Shown here in pieces: positions 42,363-52,960 of a DNA stretch of 64,000 nt. Each line of letters starts with the position of its first letter. The first letter of the stretch is position 1. The stretch is from an uncultured Gammaproteobacteria bacterium. Its GTDB lineage: Bacteria > Pseudomonadota > Gammaproteobacteria > UBA9214. The stretch lies in contig CAVYZN010000011.1 in the NCBI GenBank assembly GCA_963773065.1, positions 64,001 to 128,000 of the forward strand. The letters run 5' to 3'. Made by a program: the position numbers and the translations under genes. The notes below the pieces were generated by a model. That model made no database searches. It was not told the origin of the DNA and saw nothing but the letters and a program-made list of their open reading frames with translations.

Positions 42363-43129
42363 TCAGGACGGCGAACCGGCAGCGGCGGTGTGGAGTTGCC
42401 GTTTCACGTCGGCCCACAGGTTCTCGTAGCATTGCGCGGCCGGGCTCCTTCCCGCGAAACTCCCGAGCGGCGCGCGCATGATCCCCATGCGTTCCACCTC
42501 ACTGGTATAGGGAATGGCGGTCCCGAGGAGATTGGTCAGATAGTCGGGGGGATTGTCCACGATCGCGCGGTGCAGTTGTTTGCGCCGGTCGGCCATGGCG
42601 AAGAAAGGCAGCACCTTGAGGGATCGAGATCCTGCGCGGCGAGAAATTTCTTGATCTGTCTGAAGGTGCGCAGTGACAGCGGCGTCGGGATGGTCGGCAC
42701 CAGCACGGCATCCGCCGCGTAAAACACATTCTCGGACACCAGTGAAATGCTGGGCGGACAATCGAGGAAGACATAATCGTATTCGCCGGCCAGCGGTTCC
42801 AGCAGTTTGCGCAGCCGGTGGGTAGGTTTCTTCGCCTGTTCCAGGAAGAGGTCCATGTTGCGATAGGAAAAATCCGCCGGCAGGAGGTCGAGGTCCTCAT
42901 AATCGGTCCCCCGGATGCAGTCCTCCAGTTCGCTCTTGCCCGCGACCAGGCGCTTGCCGCCCCCCTTGATTCTGGGCTTGATGCGAAAGTAGAAACTCGC
43001 CGCCCCCTGGGGATCGAGGTCCCAGACCAGCGTCGGCGCGCCCTCGCGCGCGGCGAGGTAGGCCAGGTTGACGGCCGTGGCGGTTTTGCCGACACCGCCC
43101 TTGATGTTGTAGGTGGCCAGTACCTTCAT
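42363..43129 (-). CDS. ParA/Soj-like ATPase (frameshift near 42620)
   Basis: KGGVGKT, WDLDPQG, LDCPP. Confidence 0.88.
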
Positions 43130-44703
43130 GCCGCGGCATCCGCTTCGGCCGGGGTACATCCGGTAAACAGTCGCCGGTAATGCGCATGATTCCCGGGCGA
43201 GTCGAATTTCCCAAACCGGTCCGCGAATTCCGCGCGCGCCGCCTGCTGGCGGCGCTCCAACTCCTCGATCAGCATGCCCATGGCCAGCAGGGTATCCGGC
43301 GGGGCTTTGCCCTCGGCCGCCATCTGTTGACCGAAGTGTTTGAGGGTCGCGATCTGCACGGCGTAGTCCTGAAAATTGCCCAGGTTCTCCTGCAGCGCCT
43401 TGAGCGCGCCGATCGGCGACCTGATGCGCCGCGCCGGAAAAAGACTCTGGAAGAACTCCATCAGATAACGCAGTTTCTTGCAGGTCTTGCGCAGCTCATG
43501 GAGCGCCACCGCCGGCGTATCCGGCCCGATGGCCCGTCCCTCACTCAGGGTGCGCCGATAGAGGCGCCAGATGCGCTCGCAGGCAAGCGCCGACACGGGC
43601 CGGGTCGCGTTGGGCAGCCTTGAACGGTTCGGTACGGCCCGCAGGAGAAACTGCCGCCAGGTGTTGATCAGCCGGCGGTAGCGCACGCTGTCCAGCGCCT
43701 TCACCAAGGCATGGTGCTCGATGGCGCGTTGTCTGCCGATGAAATCCCGCAGGGGTTCGATATCCGCCTGGGCGGAAGCGGGCAGGCCGGCGCGATAAGT
43801 GTCGAAAGTCAGCAGGTAGACATCCAGGTCCCGCAGCGGGGTGGTTATCTGGCCGAGCCAGGCGAATTCGGTTTTATAACGGTTCACCGTGCGCAGCGGC
43901 AACACCCCCCGGATCTGGGTCAGGGCGGAGCGGGTGCGGCGTACGGCCACGCGGAAATCATGCAGGAACTCGGTATCCGTGCCGCCGCGGGTGCCGGCCT
44001 CGTTGGCTTCCATGATGTCAAGCAGCCGCAGCAGGATGACCCTGGCCGCCTGGTCGGCGCGCATGCCGCGCTCAAGGTGCAGGTCCAGTCTGGGCGTATA
44101 GCCGCCCGGTGTATGTCCGACCCTCGCCAGCGCCGTCAGCAGGGGATCGGCGTTTGCCGGCGCCAGTCCCAGATCTTCCAGCGCCTTCACGAGCTGCTTA
44201 CAGGGTTTTTGATAGCCCTTTACCGGCGCCACGACGGCGCGCCGGTCGAGCGCGTAAGACTTTCTTCCTTCCGGGCGGCGCGCCGAGTTTTCCTCGAAAA
44301 TCACGCGCGCCACGGTCTTCTCGTGCCGGTCCAGAACGCGCAGGGTGTGGACCCTGGAAATGATCATGACCAGCGGCGCCAGCTCGCGCATCTCCACGAG
44401 CGCTTCAAGATGCTCACGTAACCGGCCCGGCGGCAGGTCCCGGGCATAGCGTGGCGCCTTGTTCAGGATGGCCTGACCGCGCCGCTCGCCGCCATCCAGG
44501 TCGCGCCATACCAGCCGGTACCGTCCGCCGTCAGGAATACCCTCCAGCACGGCGTCGCTGGCATGAACCCGCCAGTCGAAGGTATCGAAGCAGGTTCGCT
44601 GCACTACGGCAGGCGGCTCCGGGACGAGTTGCAAGTCTGTCTGCAACGCGGACTGCACTGCCTCGGCATCCAGTTGGCTGGGAATAATGAACTCGAAACG
44701 CAT
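43126..44703 (-). CDS. CHAD-domain protein with N-terminal CYTH-like region
   Basis: FDTFDWR; LHDFRVAVRRTRS, LRDLDV, LHELRKTCKKLRY, LQENLGNFQD. Confidence 0.9.
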   Translation of the reverse strand: MRFEFIIPSQLDAEAVQSALQTDLQLVPEPPAVVQRTCFDTFDWRVHASDAVLEGIPDGGRYRLVWRDLDGGERRGQAILNKAPRYARDLPPGRLREHLEALVEMRELAPLVMIISRVHTLRVLDRHEKTVARVIFEENSARRPEGRKSYALDRRAVVAPVKGYQKPCKQLVKALEDLGLAPANADPLLTALARVGHTPGGYTPRLDLHLERGMRADQAARVILLRLLDIMEANEAGTRGGTDTEFLHDFRVAVRRTRSALTQIRGVLPLRTVNRYKTEFAWLGQITTPLRDLDVYLLTFDTYRAGLPASAQADIEPLRDFIGRQRAIEHHALVKALDSVRYRRLINTWRQFLLRAVPNRSRLPNATRPVSALACERIWRLYRRTLSEGRAIGPDTPAVALHELRKTCKKLRYLMEFFQSLFPARRIRSPIGALKALQENLGNFQDYAVQIATLKHFGQQMAAEGKAPPDTLLAMGMLIEELERRQQAARAEFADRFGKFDSPGNHAHYRRLFTGCTPAEADAAA

Positions 44704-44892
44704 TATCGCATTATCGTCGTGTCCGGCCGCTTGGGCGGCGGCTCTGCCTGTTATGTACCTGCATGATGGCTAGCGCCAACGATTCACGAGTAGATGATGG
44801 ATTTGTTAGGTAGTGGGCAATTTTGTCACTATTATTGACGAATACGCAATGTCTGGCCGGGAACGCTGTCCGGCCGGGAAACGGGGGCTGTA

Positions 44893-46227
44893 ATGGACAT
44901 GACAGTATGGATTGAACTGATTCTGTTCGTCGTTCTATTGGTGTTTTCGGGTTTTTTTTCCAGTTCCGAGACCAGCCTGTTTTCGCTCAGCCGCACCCAG
45001 TTGGAACAGATGCGCCGTGATGGAAATCCCCACGTCAACCTGATCGAACGCCTGCTGAGCCAGCCACGGCGTCTGATCGTCACCATCCTGATCGGCAATG
45101 AATTCGTCAACGTGGCCGCCTCGGTGATATCGGCGGCGCTCGTCATCGAGCTGCTGGGAGCGGAGAACAAGCTGGTCAATCTTTTTATCATGGTGCCCAT
45201 ACTGCTGCTGGCGGGCGAGATCACGCCCAAGACGCTGGCCATCCGCAACAACGTCACGTTCGCCAGTTTTCTTTCACGGCCGATTGAATTGTTCGCCAAC
45301 CTGATCACACCGGTACGCCAGTCCGTGCGTTTCGTGGCGGACTGGGTGACCACGCTGATCGTCGGCAGGGAGCGTTCGCGCGCCAACATCGTCACCGAAG
45401 ACATGGTGCGCACCCTGGCGAAGGAGGCGGTTGGCGAGGGCGTACTCGACCCTCTGGAGGCGCAATACATCAATCATATCTTCGATTTTGGCAACAAGAG
45501 CGTCGCGCAGGTGATGACGCCGCGTTCCAATATCTTCTTTCTGCCCGCGGACATGACGCTTCCCGAGATGGTACGGCAGTTGCATCGCACGCGCCGCACC
45601 AAGATCCCCGTCTACAGCGGAAACCGGGACAATATCCTCGGGATACTCTACGCCCGGGATCTGCTCGGCCTGGACACGGCGGCAATTGCGGCGACTCCGG
45701 GCGGATTGCAGCGCGTGTTGCGCGCGCCCTATTACGTGCCGGAGTCCAAACTTGCCGCGGATTTGTTCCATCTGTTCCGCAAGCGCAGACTGTCGCTCGC
45801 GCTGACGGTGGATGAATACGGCGGGGTGACGGGTCTGGTCACCATGGAAGATCTGCTGGAATGCATCTTCGGTGACCTGCCCAGCGCCTCGGATGTGGCC
45901 GCCGGGATGGAATACCGGAAGTCTACGGACGGCAGCACCCGCATCGCCGGCAGCATGCGGGTGGAGCAGTTCAACCGCGAATTCGATGCCAATCTTTCCC
46001 AAGACGGGGCGGAAACCGTTGGCGAGCTGGTGCTGGAGCGATTGGGTGAATTGCCATCCGTCGGGGCCATGCTGGTCATGGAAGGTTTGAAGTTCAGTGT
46101 CGCAACCGTCAGGGACAACCGCATCCGGGAACTTTCCGTAAGCGCCATATCCGGCGCGGTGGAACCACGTTCCGGTCTTGAAAAACCCGGACCGGCTTCA
46201 TCCGTCGGGGGAAAAGACCGGGAATAA
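44893..46227 (+). CDS. CNNM/CorB (DUF21-CBS-CorC) transporter 1
   Basis: FFSSSETSLFSL, GEITPK, VDEYGGVTGLVTMED. Confidence 0.9.
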   Translation: MDMTVWIELILFVVLLVFSGFFSSSETSLFSLSRTQLEQMRRDGNPHVNLIERLLSQPRRLIVTILIGNEFVNVAASVISAALVIELLGAENKLVNLFIMVPILLLAGEITPKTLAIRNNVTFASFLSRPIELFANLITPVRQSVRFVADWVTTLIVGRERSRANIVTEDMVRTLAKEAVGEGVLDPLEAQYINHIFDFGNKSVAQVMTPRSNIFFLPADMTLPEMVRQLHRTRRTKIPVYSGNRDNILGILYARDLLGLDTAAIAATPGGLQRVLRAPYYVPESKLAADLFHLFRKRRLSLALTVDEYGGVTGLVTMEDLLECIFGDLPSASDVAAGMEYRKSTDGSTRIAGSMRVEQFNREFDANLSQDGAETVGELVLERLGELPSVGAMLVMEGLKFSVATVRDNRIRELSVSAISGAVEPRSGLEKPGPASSVGGKDRE

Positions 46228-46230
46228 CTG

Positions 46231-47514
46231 ATGGGCGATATCCTAGTCACACTGGGGGTGATGATCGTCTGCCTGCTCCTGGAGGGTTTCTTCTCCGGTT
46301 CGGAGATCGGGGTCGTAAGCGCCGACCGCGTCAAGCTCCGGCATGATGCCGCCAAGGGTTCACGCGGCGCAAGACTCGCCCTGGCCATGCTCGACAGGCC
46401 CGAATGGCTGCTCTCGACGACCCTGGTGGGCACCAATATTTCGGTGGTGACCAATACCACTATGGTGACGGCGCTCATGATCGAACTGTTCGGGGAGACC
46501 GGCAGTTGGCTTGCCGTCGTGCTGGTGGTCCCGCTGATCTGGGTGTTCGGCGAGATCGTACCCAAAAGCGTCTTCCAGCAGCGCGCCGATCTTTACACGC
46601 CGCGCGTTATTTTTCTGCTGAAGTTCTTTTCCTGGCTGTTCTACCCGCTGCTCGCCGTATTCAGCGTCCTGACGCGATTCATTGCCAGGGTGATAGGCAA
46701 AAGCCCTGAAAACTATCCCTCCACACTGCGTGAGGAGATCGCCACGCTGCTGCAGATGTCCACGAGCGGCGGTGATATCAACCAGCATGAGAAGATCATG
46801 ATCCGCAGGCTGTTCGATTTCGAGGAAACGCCGGTACGTGATGTCATGATGCCATTGATCGATGTGATCGGGATCGAGCAGGGCGCCACCTGCTTTGAGG
46901 CGATGCGCCTGGCCAGGGAAAAAGCCCACAAGCGGCTGCCGGTCTACGAGCAGCGCGTCGACCGGATCGTGGGGGTAATCAACGCCCTGGAATTGCTGGA
47001 TGTCGATCCCGAGGCGCCTATCACTGCGTTCATCCGGCAAGCGGATTACATCCCGGCCTCCAAGAGCATCCAGGCGCTCTTGCAGGACATGCAGCGCGAC
47101 CATCATCAGATTGCGGTTGTCGTCGATGAATTCGGTGGCGCCGAAGGCATCGTAACGCTGGAAGATATCATCGAGGAGATTGTCGAGGATATCGCGGATG
47201 AGTTTGATGCGAAGGAGACCCCGACTCAATGGATGCGCCGGCTCGGCGAGCGTGACTATCTGGTCAGCGCCCGCATCGATCCGGGTTCCCTCACCGGTGA
47301 ACTGGGCATCGAGTTACCGCAAGGACAGTATGCGAGCCTGGCCGGATTTCTGCTCGAACGGGTGCACGATGTACCCAGGGTGGGCACCACCATACAGTAC
47401 AAGAAAGTGTCATTCACCATCCAGCGTGGTTCGACGCGCGTCATCGAGGAGGTCCGCGTCCGCTGCGTAATGATGGCAGCTCGCGAGCGCGACTATCTGG
47501 TCAGCGCCGCTTGA
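46231..47514 (+). CDS. CNNM/CorB transporter 2 (C-terminus altered by duplication)
   Basis: FFSGSEIG, GEIVPK, VDEFGGAEGIVTLED. Confidence 0.88.
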   Translation: MGDILVTLGVMIVCLLLEGFFSGSEIGVVSADRVKLRHDAAKGSRGARLALAMLDRPEWLLSTTLVGTNISVVTNTTMVTALMIELFGETGSWLAVVLVVPLIWVFGEIVPKSVFQQRADLYTPRVIFLLKFFSWLFYPLLAVFSVLTRFIARVIGKSPENYPSTLREEIATLLQMSTSGGDINQHEKIMIRRLFDFEETPVRDVMMPLIDVIGIEQGATCFEAMRLAREKAHKRLPVYEQRVDRIVGVINALELLDVDPEAPITAFIRQADYIPASKSIQALLQDMQRDHHQIAVVVDEFGGAEGIVTLEDIIEEIVEDIADEFDAKETPTQWMRRLGERDYLVSARIDPGSLTGELGIELPQGQYASLAGFLLERVHDVPRVGTTIQYKKVSFTIQRGSTRVIEEVRVRCVMMAARERDYLVSAA

Positions 47515-47704
47515 TCCGGGTTCCCTTGCCGGTGAACTGGGCATCGAGTTGCCGCAAGGCCAGTATGCGAGCCTGGCCGGGTTTCTGCTTGAAAGGGTGC
47601 ACGATGTACCCAGGGTGGGGACCACCATACAGTACAAGAAAGTGTCATTCACCATCCAGCGTGGTTCGGCGCGCGTCATCGAGGAGGTCCGCGTCCGCTG
47701 GTAG
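47479..47704 (+). repeat. Tandem diverged duplicate of CNNM2 3' end (copy of 47241-47465), carrying a VRW* stop
   Basis: Direct alignment; 13-bp spacer. Confidence 0.9.
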
Positions 47705-48032
47705 GAAAAGGGCTTTGACACCTTTTCTAGTGCCTGCGCAACTGAACTGGAGCTTGCCGGCACAAGCTCCGCCGCGCATTACCGCACCGCATCGCCGTGG
47801 GGTCGCCAAAAATCGCAAGAATAGGAAGAAATTCGGGAATGCCTGCTTACAATATAAGCAGTTATATCCGCCGATATGCGTGGCGAAAGTCAGGCTAGCG
47901 GTGCGGATAGAGAGAGCAGATGAGAAACGAATTGGTGATGTTGGATTAGGGAGCCCCACTTGGGTGGGGCTCCTCCGCTAACTTCTACATCCTATGATTT
48001 ATGGACCATAGTCGAGCGTCGCAGGATTTGTC

Positions 48033-49045
48033 TCACCGAAGGTCAAGAACCAGGGGAGTTCCAGCTCGCCCTGCAAGCACGAAGGAATCGTACGTCTTGG
48101 TTGTCACGTCGTAGAGGCGCACCTCACCCGTGTTGGTGATCGGGACGAAGAGTTTCCCATTCGGGCCGAAGAGGAGCGCCTGCGCGTAGGTCCGCGCGCC
48201 GCCGACGGTATCCAGATCAATCTGATCGACAAGGGTTGGTCCGCTATAGATGAGGATCTTGTCGTTGTCGCTGGCGTTCGCGCGGAAGCTCGTGACGTAG
48301 AGTCTGCCATCGGGGCCGAAGACCAGTCCCGACGGCCGGTTGAGGAATCCGGGCCCTCCTTCGCTGGAAATAAGTGCATCCACAAATGTCCCATCGGTAC
48401 GGAACCGCAGGACATCCCCTCCAAGCCCGGACCCGTTCGGGGGAGGAGGGTTCCGAACGTTGGATACATAGAGCAATCCGTCAGGTCCGAGCACGACGCC
48501 GCGAGGGTGAAAGGCGGCCGTAAACGATATGTCGGGGACGGAAGCGCCGAGGAAGACACCGGCACTATTGTATCGGCGAAAAATGGCTGGAGGGACGGGA
48601 TTACAGCCTTAATGGCATACGCATTGCAGATCGGCAACGAACAGGATGTTACTCGCGAGGATGATTCCCTGTGGGGCCCACGGTGCATTGGGACCACTGC
48701 TTCTGACCAGCTGGTTCAGCAGCTTGCCGGCGCTGCTATATTGCAAAATTTCACCGCGGGTTCCCGTATTGCCGTTCTGGTTGGCCAGCAGCAGGTTTCC
48801 CGCCGGATCGAAAACGATGCCGTTTGGAAAATGCACCCCCCCTGCGATTTCACAAATTTCCCCTGGAAGTCCCCTGTGCCGGCGTCAAACTGTTTCACTG
48901 TGTTGTCGTAGTAGTCTCCGATGTATAAGGAATCTGCATTGGCTGTGTAGCCCGCGCCGAACCACATCGTCAACGCCACGAGCGTCATGCCGATTGCCGT
49001 CCCAATGTTTCGCAAACACTTGCTTGTTGTGTGAATCGTCTTCAT
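48033..49045 (-). pseudogene. Secreted beta-propeller (NHL/Vgb-like) protein, multiple frameshifts
   Basis: Signal peptide; repeats PNGIVFDPAGNLL, GPDGLLYVS, PSGLVFGPDGRLYV, FGPNGKLFV. Confidence 0.7.
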
Positions 49046-49461
49046 GATTGTTGTTCCTTTCTTGATTAAGGTTATTTTACTGATGCAATCAATAACGTTG
49101 TTAACTGCGTCACCTGGTGTTGACGTTGCGAATTGGACTGACTGGTATTCCCGGCTCGTGCCCGGTGATAACCGTAAAGTTCCATCTCGCTACGAAACGT
49201 AAAGATATGTAGTTGCGGCCTATCTGTCTATACGTGTAATCACGTAGGAAGGCCTCCTTTTTGATTGGCAGGAAGGTTCGGCCAACTAAAGGCGCGGAAA
49301 AGGAAGATGCGGAAAAAGGGTCAACGCCCTTGTCATCTTGCGCGGCGTGAGCGGCGCCGGTTGGATTTTTAACCGCCCTTCAACGCAACCTTTCAACTAC
49401 GAGGTTGCACATTGCAACCATGCTCGGCTAGACTGGTCAAAGTCACATCGAGGCAATCACC

Positions 49462-49710
49462 ATGGCCACCCTTCACGTACGCAACGTCCCTGAAAAGCTC
49501 TACAAGCGCATCCAGAAACTCGCGGAAGAGGAAAACCGTTCGGTGACGGCTGAGGTCATACAGCTTTTGAGTCAGGGGCTGCAGGCGCGCGAGGCCCGCC
49601 GCAACGCCGCCGCCACCGTTGACCGCATCCGGGATCGGACGCAGAAAGTCGCGCTTCCCCGCGGATGGACGGATTCGGTCGATCTGATCCGCGAGGACCG
49701 CCGCCGGTGA
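49462..49710 (+). CDS. FitA/Arc-like ribbon-helix-helix antitoxin
   Basis: ATLHVRNVPEKLY..RSVTAEV..DSVDLIREDR. Confidence 0.85.
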   Translation: MATLHVRNVPEKLYKRIQKLAEEENRSVTAEVIQLLSQGLQAREARRNAAATVDRIRDRTQKVALPRGWTDSVDLIREDRRR

Positions 49711-50162
49711 ATCCGGCTCCGCTGCGGGCGGTGGTGGATGCCAGCGTCGCGGTGAAGATTTTCGTTCCCGAGGCATTGTCCGCCCAAGCGCAGACCGTCT
49801 TTATGCGGTTCGCTTCGGAAAACGGCGCCGAGCTGATCGTCCCCGATCTCTTCTTCATCGAGTGCGCGAATGTATTCTGGAAGTGGGTGCAGCGATCGGG
49901 CTATGCCGGCAAGGACGCCCGGGAACATTTGCGCGATCTGGCCATGCTTGGCCTGACGGCAATCCCGACCCAGGTTCTGGCGGATGAGGCATTGGGAATC
50001 GCTTTGACGCATAAAATTACGGCCTACGATGCGTGCTACCTCGCCGCGGCGACCCAAGTCAAGCTGCCTTTGATTACGGCGGACGAGAAGCTGGCAACAA
50101 AGCTCGCGACTGGTTCCTGTGAAGTGCGGTGGTTGGGCGACATCGAGGCCGTGTCGAAATAG
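49707..50162 (+). CDS. vapC: VapC PIN toxin
   Basis: VVDASVAVK, IECANV, AYDACYLA, ITADEKL. Confidence 0.88.
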   Translation: MNPAPLRAVVDASVAVKIFVPEALSAQAQTVFMRFASENGAELIVPDLFFIECANVFWKWVQRSGYAGKDAREHLRDLAMLGLTAIPTQVLADEALGIALTHKITAYDACYLAAATQVKLPLITADEKLATKLATGSCEVRWLGDIEAVSK

Positions 50163-50177
50163 CATCCAGGAGATCCC

Positions 50178-50538
50178 GTGGATCCCGTTTTCGTGGTGGC
50201 CGTGATAACCGTCGCGGCGATTATCATCTTCGATTACACCAACGGCTTTAACGATGCCTCCAGTATCGTGGCCACGGTGATCGCCTCGCGGGCCATGACG
50301 CCGGTTCAGGCCGTGATGCTCACGGCGCTGTTCGAATTCCTGGGGCCGCTGTTCGGCGGTACGGCGGTGGCCAATACCATCGGTAACTTCGTCGCCATCG
50401 GCGATCTGCCGGAATTGCCCGCGCTGATCATCATCCTGTGCGGCATCGCGGGCGCCATCGCCTGGAATATCCTCACCTGGTGGTTCGGTATCCCTTCCTC
50501 GTCATCCCATGCGCTCGTGGGCGGACTGGTCGGCGTGG
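50178..50538 (+). pseudogene. Truncated 5' duplicate of the PiT transporter gene
   Basis: Near identical to 53224-53584, ends at SSSHALVGGLVGV. Confidence 0.9.
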
Positions 50539-50965
50539 CCAGAACGTGTTGGCCAGCGGCTACTTCAAGACCTATGCACGCAGCGTGGGCTTCCCGAAGA
50601 CTCTCCTACACCCATCCATTGCTGATGAAGTTTGGCTTGACATTGTTCGCAGAGATATCGAAACAGCAGTTTTTAAGGCATTCAGGGCTGTCGAGATTGC
50701 TGTGCGTGAAGTTGGCAAATACTCTGACACCGATATAGGTACGCCGCTAATGCGCAAGGCTTTCGACAAGACCACTGGCCCACTTTCAGATCAGAAACAG
50801 CCTGAAGCAGAACGCGAGGCATTGGCGCACTTATTTGCTGGCGCAATCGGTTCCTACAAGAATCCTCACTCTCACCGTACCGTTACTATCAGTGATCCGA
50901 CGGAAGCCCAAGAGATGGTGATCTTGGCTAGTCATCTGCTTCGCATCGTTGATAGCAGACGATAA
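50539..50965 (+). pseudogene. 5'-truncated TIGR02391-family protein (cassette ORF)
   Basis: AVFKAFRAVEIAVRE, LMRKAF, LFAGAIGSYKNPHSH. Confidence 0.75.
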
Positions 50966-50993
50966 ACAGATCCCAAGCTGATTGCTATGCGAC

Positions 50994-51057
50994 GCCGTAC
51001 CCATCATTCCACCGGTCCTGCGCAAAAAGCCGCGCAGGCCGGTGAATTCAAACGTTA
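50994..51057 (+). other. Integron attC site 1 (core interrupted by intron)
   Basis: CCATCATTCCACCGG.CCTGCGC AAAAAGC CGCGCAGGCCGGTGAATTCAAACGTTA hairpin; degenerate inverse core GCCGTAC. Confidence 0.8.
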
Positions 51058-51823
51058 TCGCGCCGGGATAAGCTCGGCGTATCTTGCGGGGTGGGAGTCC
51101 CCGTCGGGAAAGGGCTAGAACCTCCCCGTATCGAGTGTTGGCTTCATTGAGGAGTGGGGTAACCCGCGAACGATAGATGAGGTAAGCGTACACAGAGAAT
51201 CCTGTAGGCCGTAGGGGCGACCGTGCGCCCTGAAGTGCTGGTACAGCTTCGAAATGAGCTTGTTGCGGATGCGAGGGTTTTAACGTACACCGAAGGCGAT
51301 ACAGAAGCACCCGTTATGGCGAGGGTGTGGAGGTCCGCCGGAGTCCACAGGCCGTGGCATGCAGGAAGAGATACGTCAGAGAACCCGGGAAGCCCCAGGA
51401 GTTCCTGGTCGGGGTTGGGTTTTGAAGCCGTCAGAGCGAGAGACACGTAAGGGAGGAGATCCTGGAAACCGGACTGGGCTCGGGTGGAGAGATCTAACAG
51501 GGAGCGGGTCAGGCAGGCTGTCATGGAAGCTGGCCGCATACGAATGGGGTGTCTTATCAGGCATAGTACTCGGCGCATGGGAAAGCCATGCACATGGGGA
51601 AGGACCTGATGGAAGTACGCAGCTCGCAAAGGAAACTCGTGCCGGACAGCGTCGGATCGGGAAAACTTGAGCCAACCTTCACTGCGAGCAATAGCCTACA
51701 GGTTAAGAAACTGGTAACAGTGTTGATCTGCGCGGATGCGAGTACAACCGAGGAACCGGATGCGGGAAAACTGCACGTCCGGGTCTGTGCGGGGGGCGCC
51801 GGGTAACCGGCGCCCTACCGTGC
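51058..51823 (+). mobile_element. ORF-less group II intron
   Basis: 5' TCGCG; domain V GAACCGGATGCGGGAAAACTGCACGTCCGGGTCT; domain VI GGGCGCCGGGTAACCGGCGCCCT-A-CCGTGC; no RT ORF. Confidence 0.88.
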
Positions 51824-51840
51824 GAGCTAAAATAATCAGC

Positions 51841-51869
51841 TTGCATCATGTAATCCAATGGATTACATT
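51841..51869 (+). promoter_or_regulatory. TA promoter with operator palindrome
   Basis: TTGCAT-17-TACATT; TGTAATCCAaTGGATTACA; ATG 6 nt after the -10 box. Confidence 0.65.
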
Positions 51870-51875
51870 TAATGC

Positions 51876-52232
51876 ATGCTGACCACTATCAGCGAAATGC
51901 CTGAGTATATTCACCGCGCCGACGAACTCCTCAGCGAATCAGAACGTAAATCGGTCATTGACTACCTTGCTGCACATCCGCGAGCTGGCGACCTCATGGA
52001 GGGTACTGGCGGAATTCGGAAATTGCGCTGGGGACGTGGAAACAAAGGTAAAAGTGGTGGCGTTCGCGTCATCTTTTACTACCACGATGAACGTATTCCT
52101 TTATATCTACTGACAGTTTTTGGAAAGAACGAACGCGCTAACTTGTCAAAAGCGGAGCGAAACGAGTTGGCCAAATTGGTAAATGTGCTGGTACATACCG
52201 CACTGGAGAAATCTTATGGCAAAAGCATATGA
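51876..52232 (+). CDS. higB: RelE/HigB family toxin (cassette)
   Basis: GDLMEGTGGIRKLRW..GKSGGVRVIFY. Confidence 0.88.
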   Translation: MLTTISEMPEYIHRADELLSESERKSVIDYLAAHPRAGDLMEGTGGIRKLRWGRGNKGKSGGVRVIFYYHDERIPLYLLTVFGKNERANLSKAERNELAKLVNVLVHTALEKSYGKSI

Positions 52233-52500
52233 CAGCATCGCGAAGGGTCTGCGTGAGGCCATTGACCTCAACAAGGGCAAGCCTGTCGCCGCAAAGACCC
52301 ACCGCCCTGAAGAAATCGACGTTGCACAGTTGCGCCACAGCTTAGGTTTGACGCAGACTGAGTTTGCAGCCAAATTCTGCATCAGCCTTGGCACGCTTCG
52401 GCATTGGGAGCGAGGCGATCGAAAGCCTCATGGCCCTGCCCTTGCCTTGCTGCACATCGTAGCCAAGGAGCCTAAAGCCGTTCTTAGAGCTTTGGGCTAA
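52216..52500 (+). CDS. higA: HigA-like HTH antitoxin
   Basis: LTQTEFAAKFCISLGTLRHWERGDRKPHGPA. Confidence 0.88.
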   Translation: MAKAYDSIAKGLREAIDLNKGKPVAAKTHRPEEIDVAQLRHSLGLTQTEFAAKFCISLGTLRHWERGDRKPHGPALALLHIVAKEPKAVLRALG

Positions 52501-52560
52501 CAAGTCATTCAACAGAACGCTTTAAAGCGGTGCTCCTTCGTCACCACCGCGTTGCGGTTA
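52495..52560 (+). other. attC site 2 (probably truncated)
   Basis: GGCTAACAAGTCATTCAAC overlapping the higA stop; GCGGTG..CACCGC stem. Confidence 0.6.
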
Positions 52561-52955
52561 CGTGGTCTCAGCAAGCCGCAATACAGGCTTCGAGTTGATG
52601 AATGGTGTATCTTTTATGATGTGTCCGGATCGACGGTGGAGATTCTGGCGATAGTGCAAAAATCGGAGGCAGAGTCATGGCTGGCGCAGTTCGGAAATCA
52701 CGAGTAAAGAAGGCTTCCTTATCGGAAGTTAAAGATGATTTATCCAGGTTTCTCCGTGAAGCAGAGAAACAAGATGTTCTCATAACCCGTCATGGCAAGC
52801 CGGCAGGCATCCTGATTGGGTTTGCATCTGAAGAGGATTGGTTTGATTATCGCTTGGAAAACGATCCAAGTTTTCTGGAGAGAATTGAATCTGCCCGAGC
52901 AAGTTTGCGTGCAGGGCGCGGAGTGAGGCTTGGAAGATGTAAAAATCAAGTGACG
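52555..52955 (+). pseudogene. Remnant RelE toxin plus Phd/YefM antitoxin cassette
   Basis: RLRGLSKPQYRLRVDEWCIFYDV..; KKASLSEVKDDLSRFLREAEKQDVLITRHGKPAG. Confidence 0.75.
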
Positions 52956-52960
52956 CCGCG

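Noticed and set aside
26280-44845. Pho boxes upstream of pap, pstS or CNNM
   Set aside because: Only isolated GTCAT/GTCAC half-sites; no convincing 11-bp-spaced direct repeat
50178-50965. PiT-TIGR02391 fusion protein
   Set aside because: The halves are in different frames; it is a junction of two truncated genes
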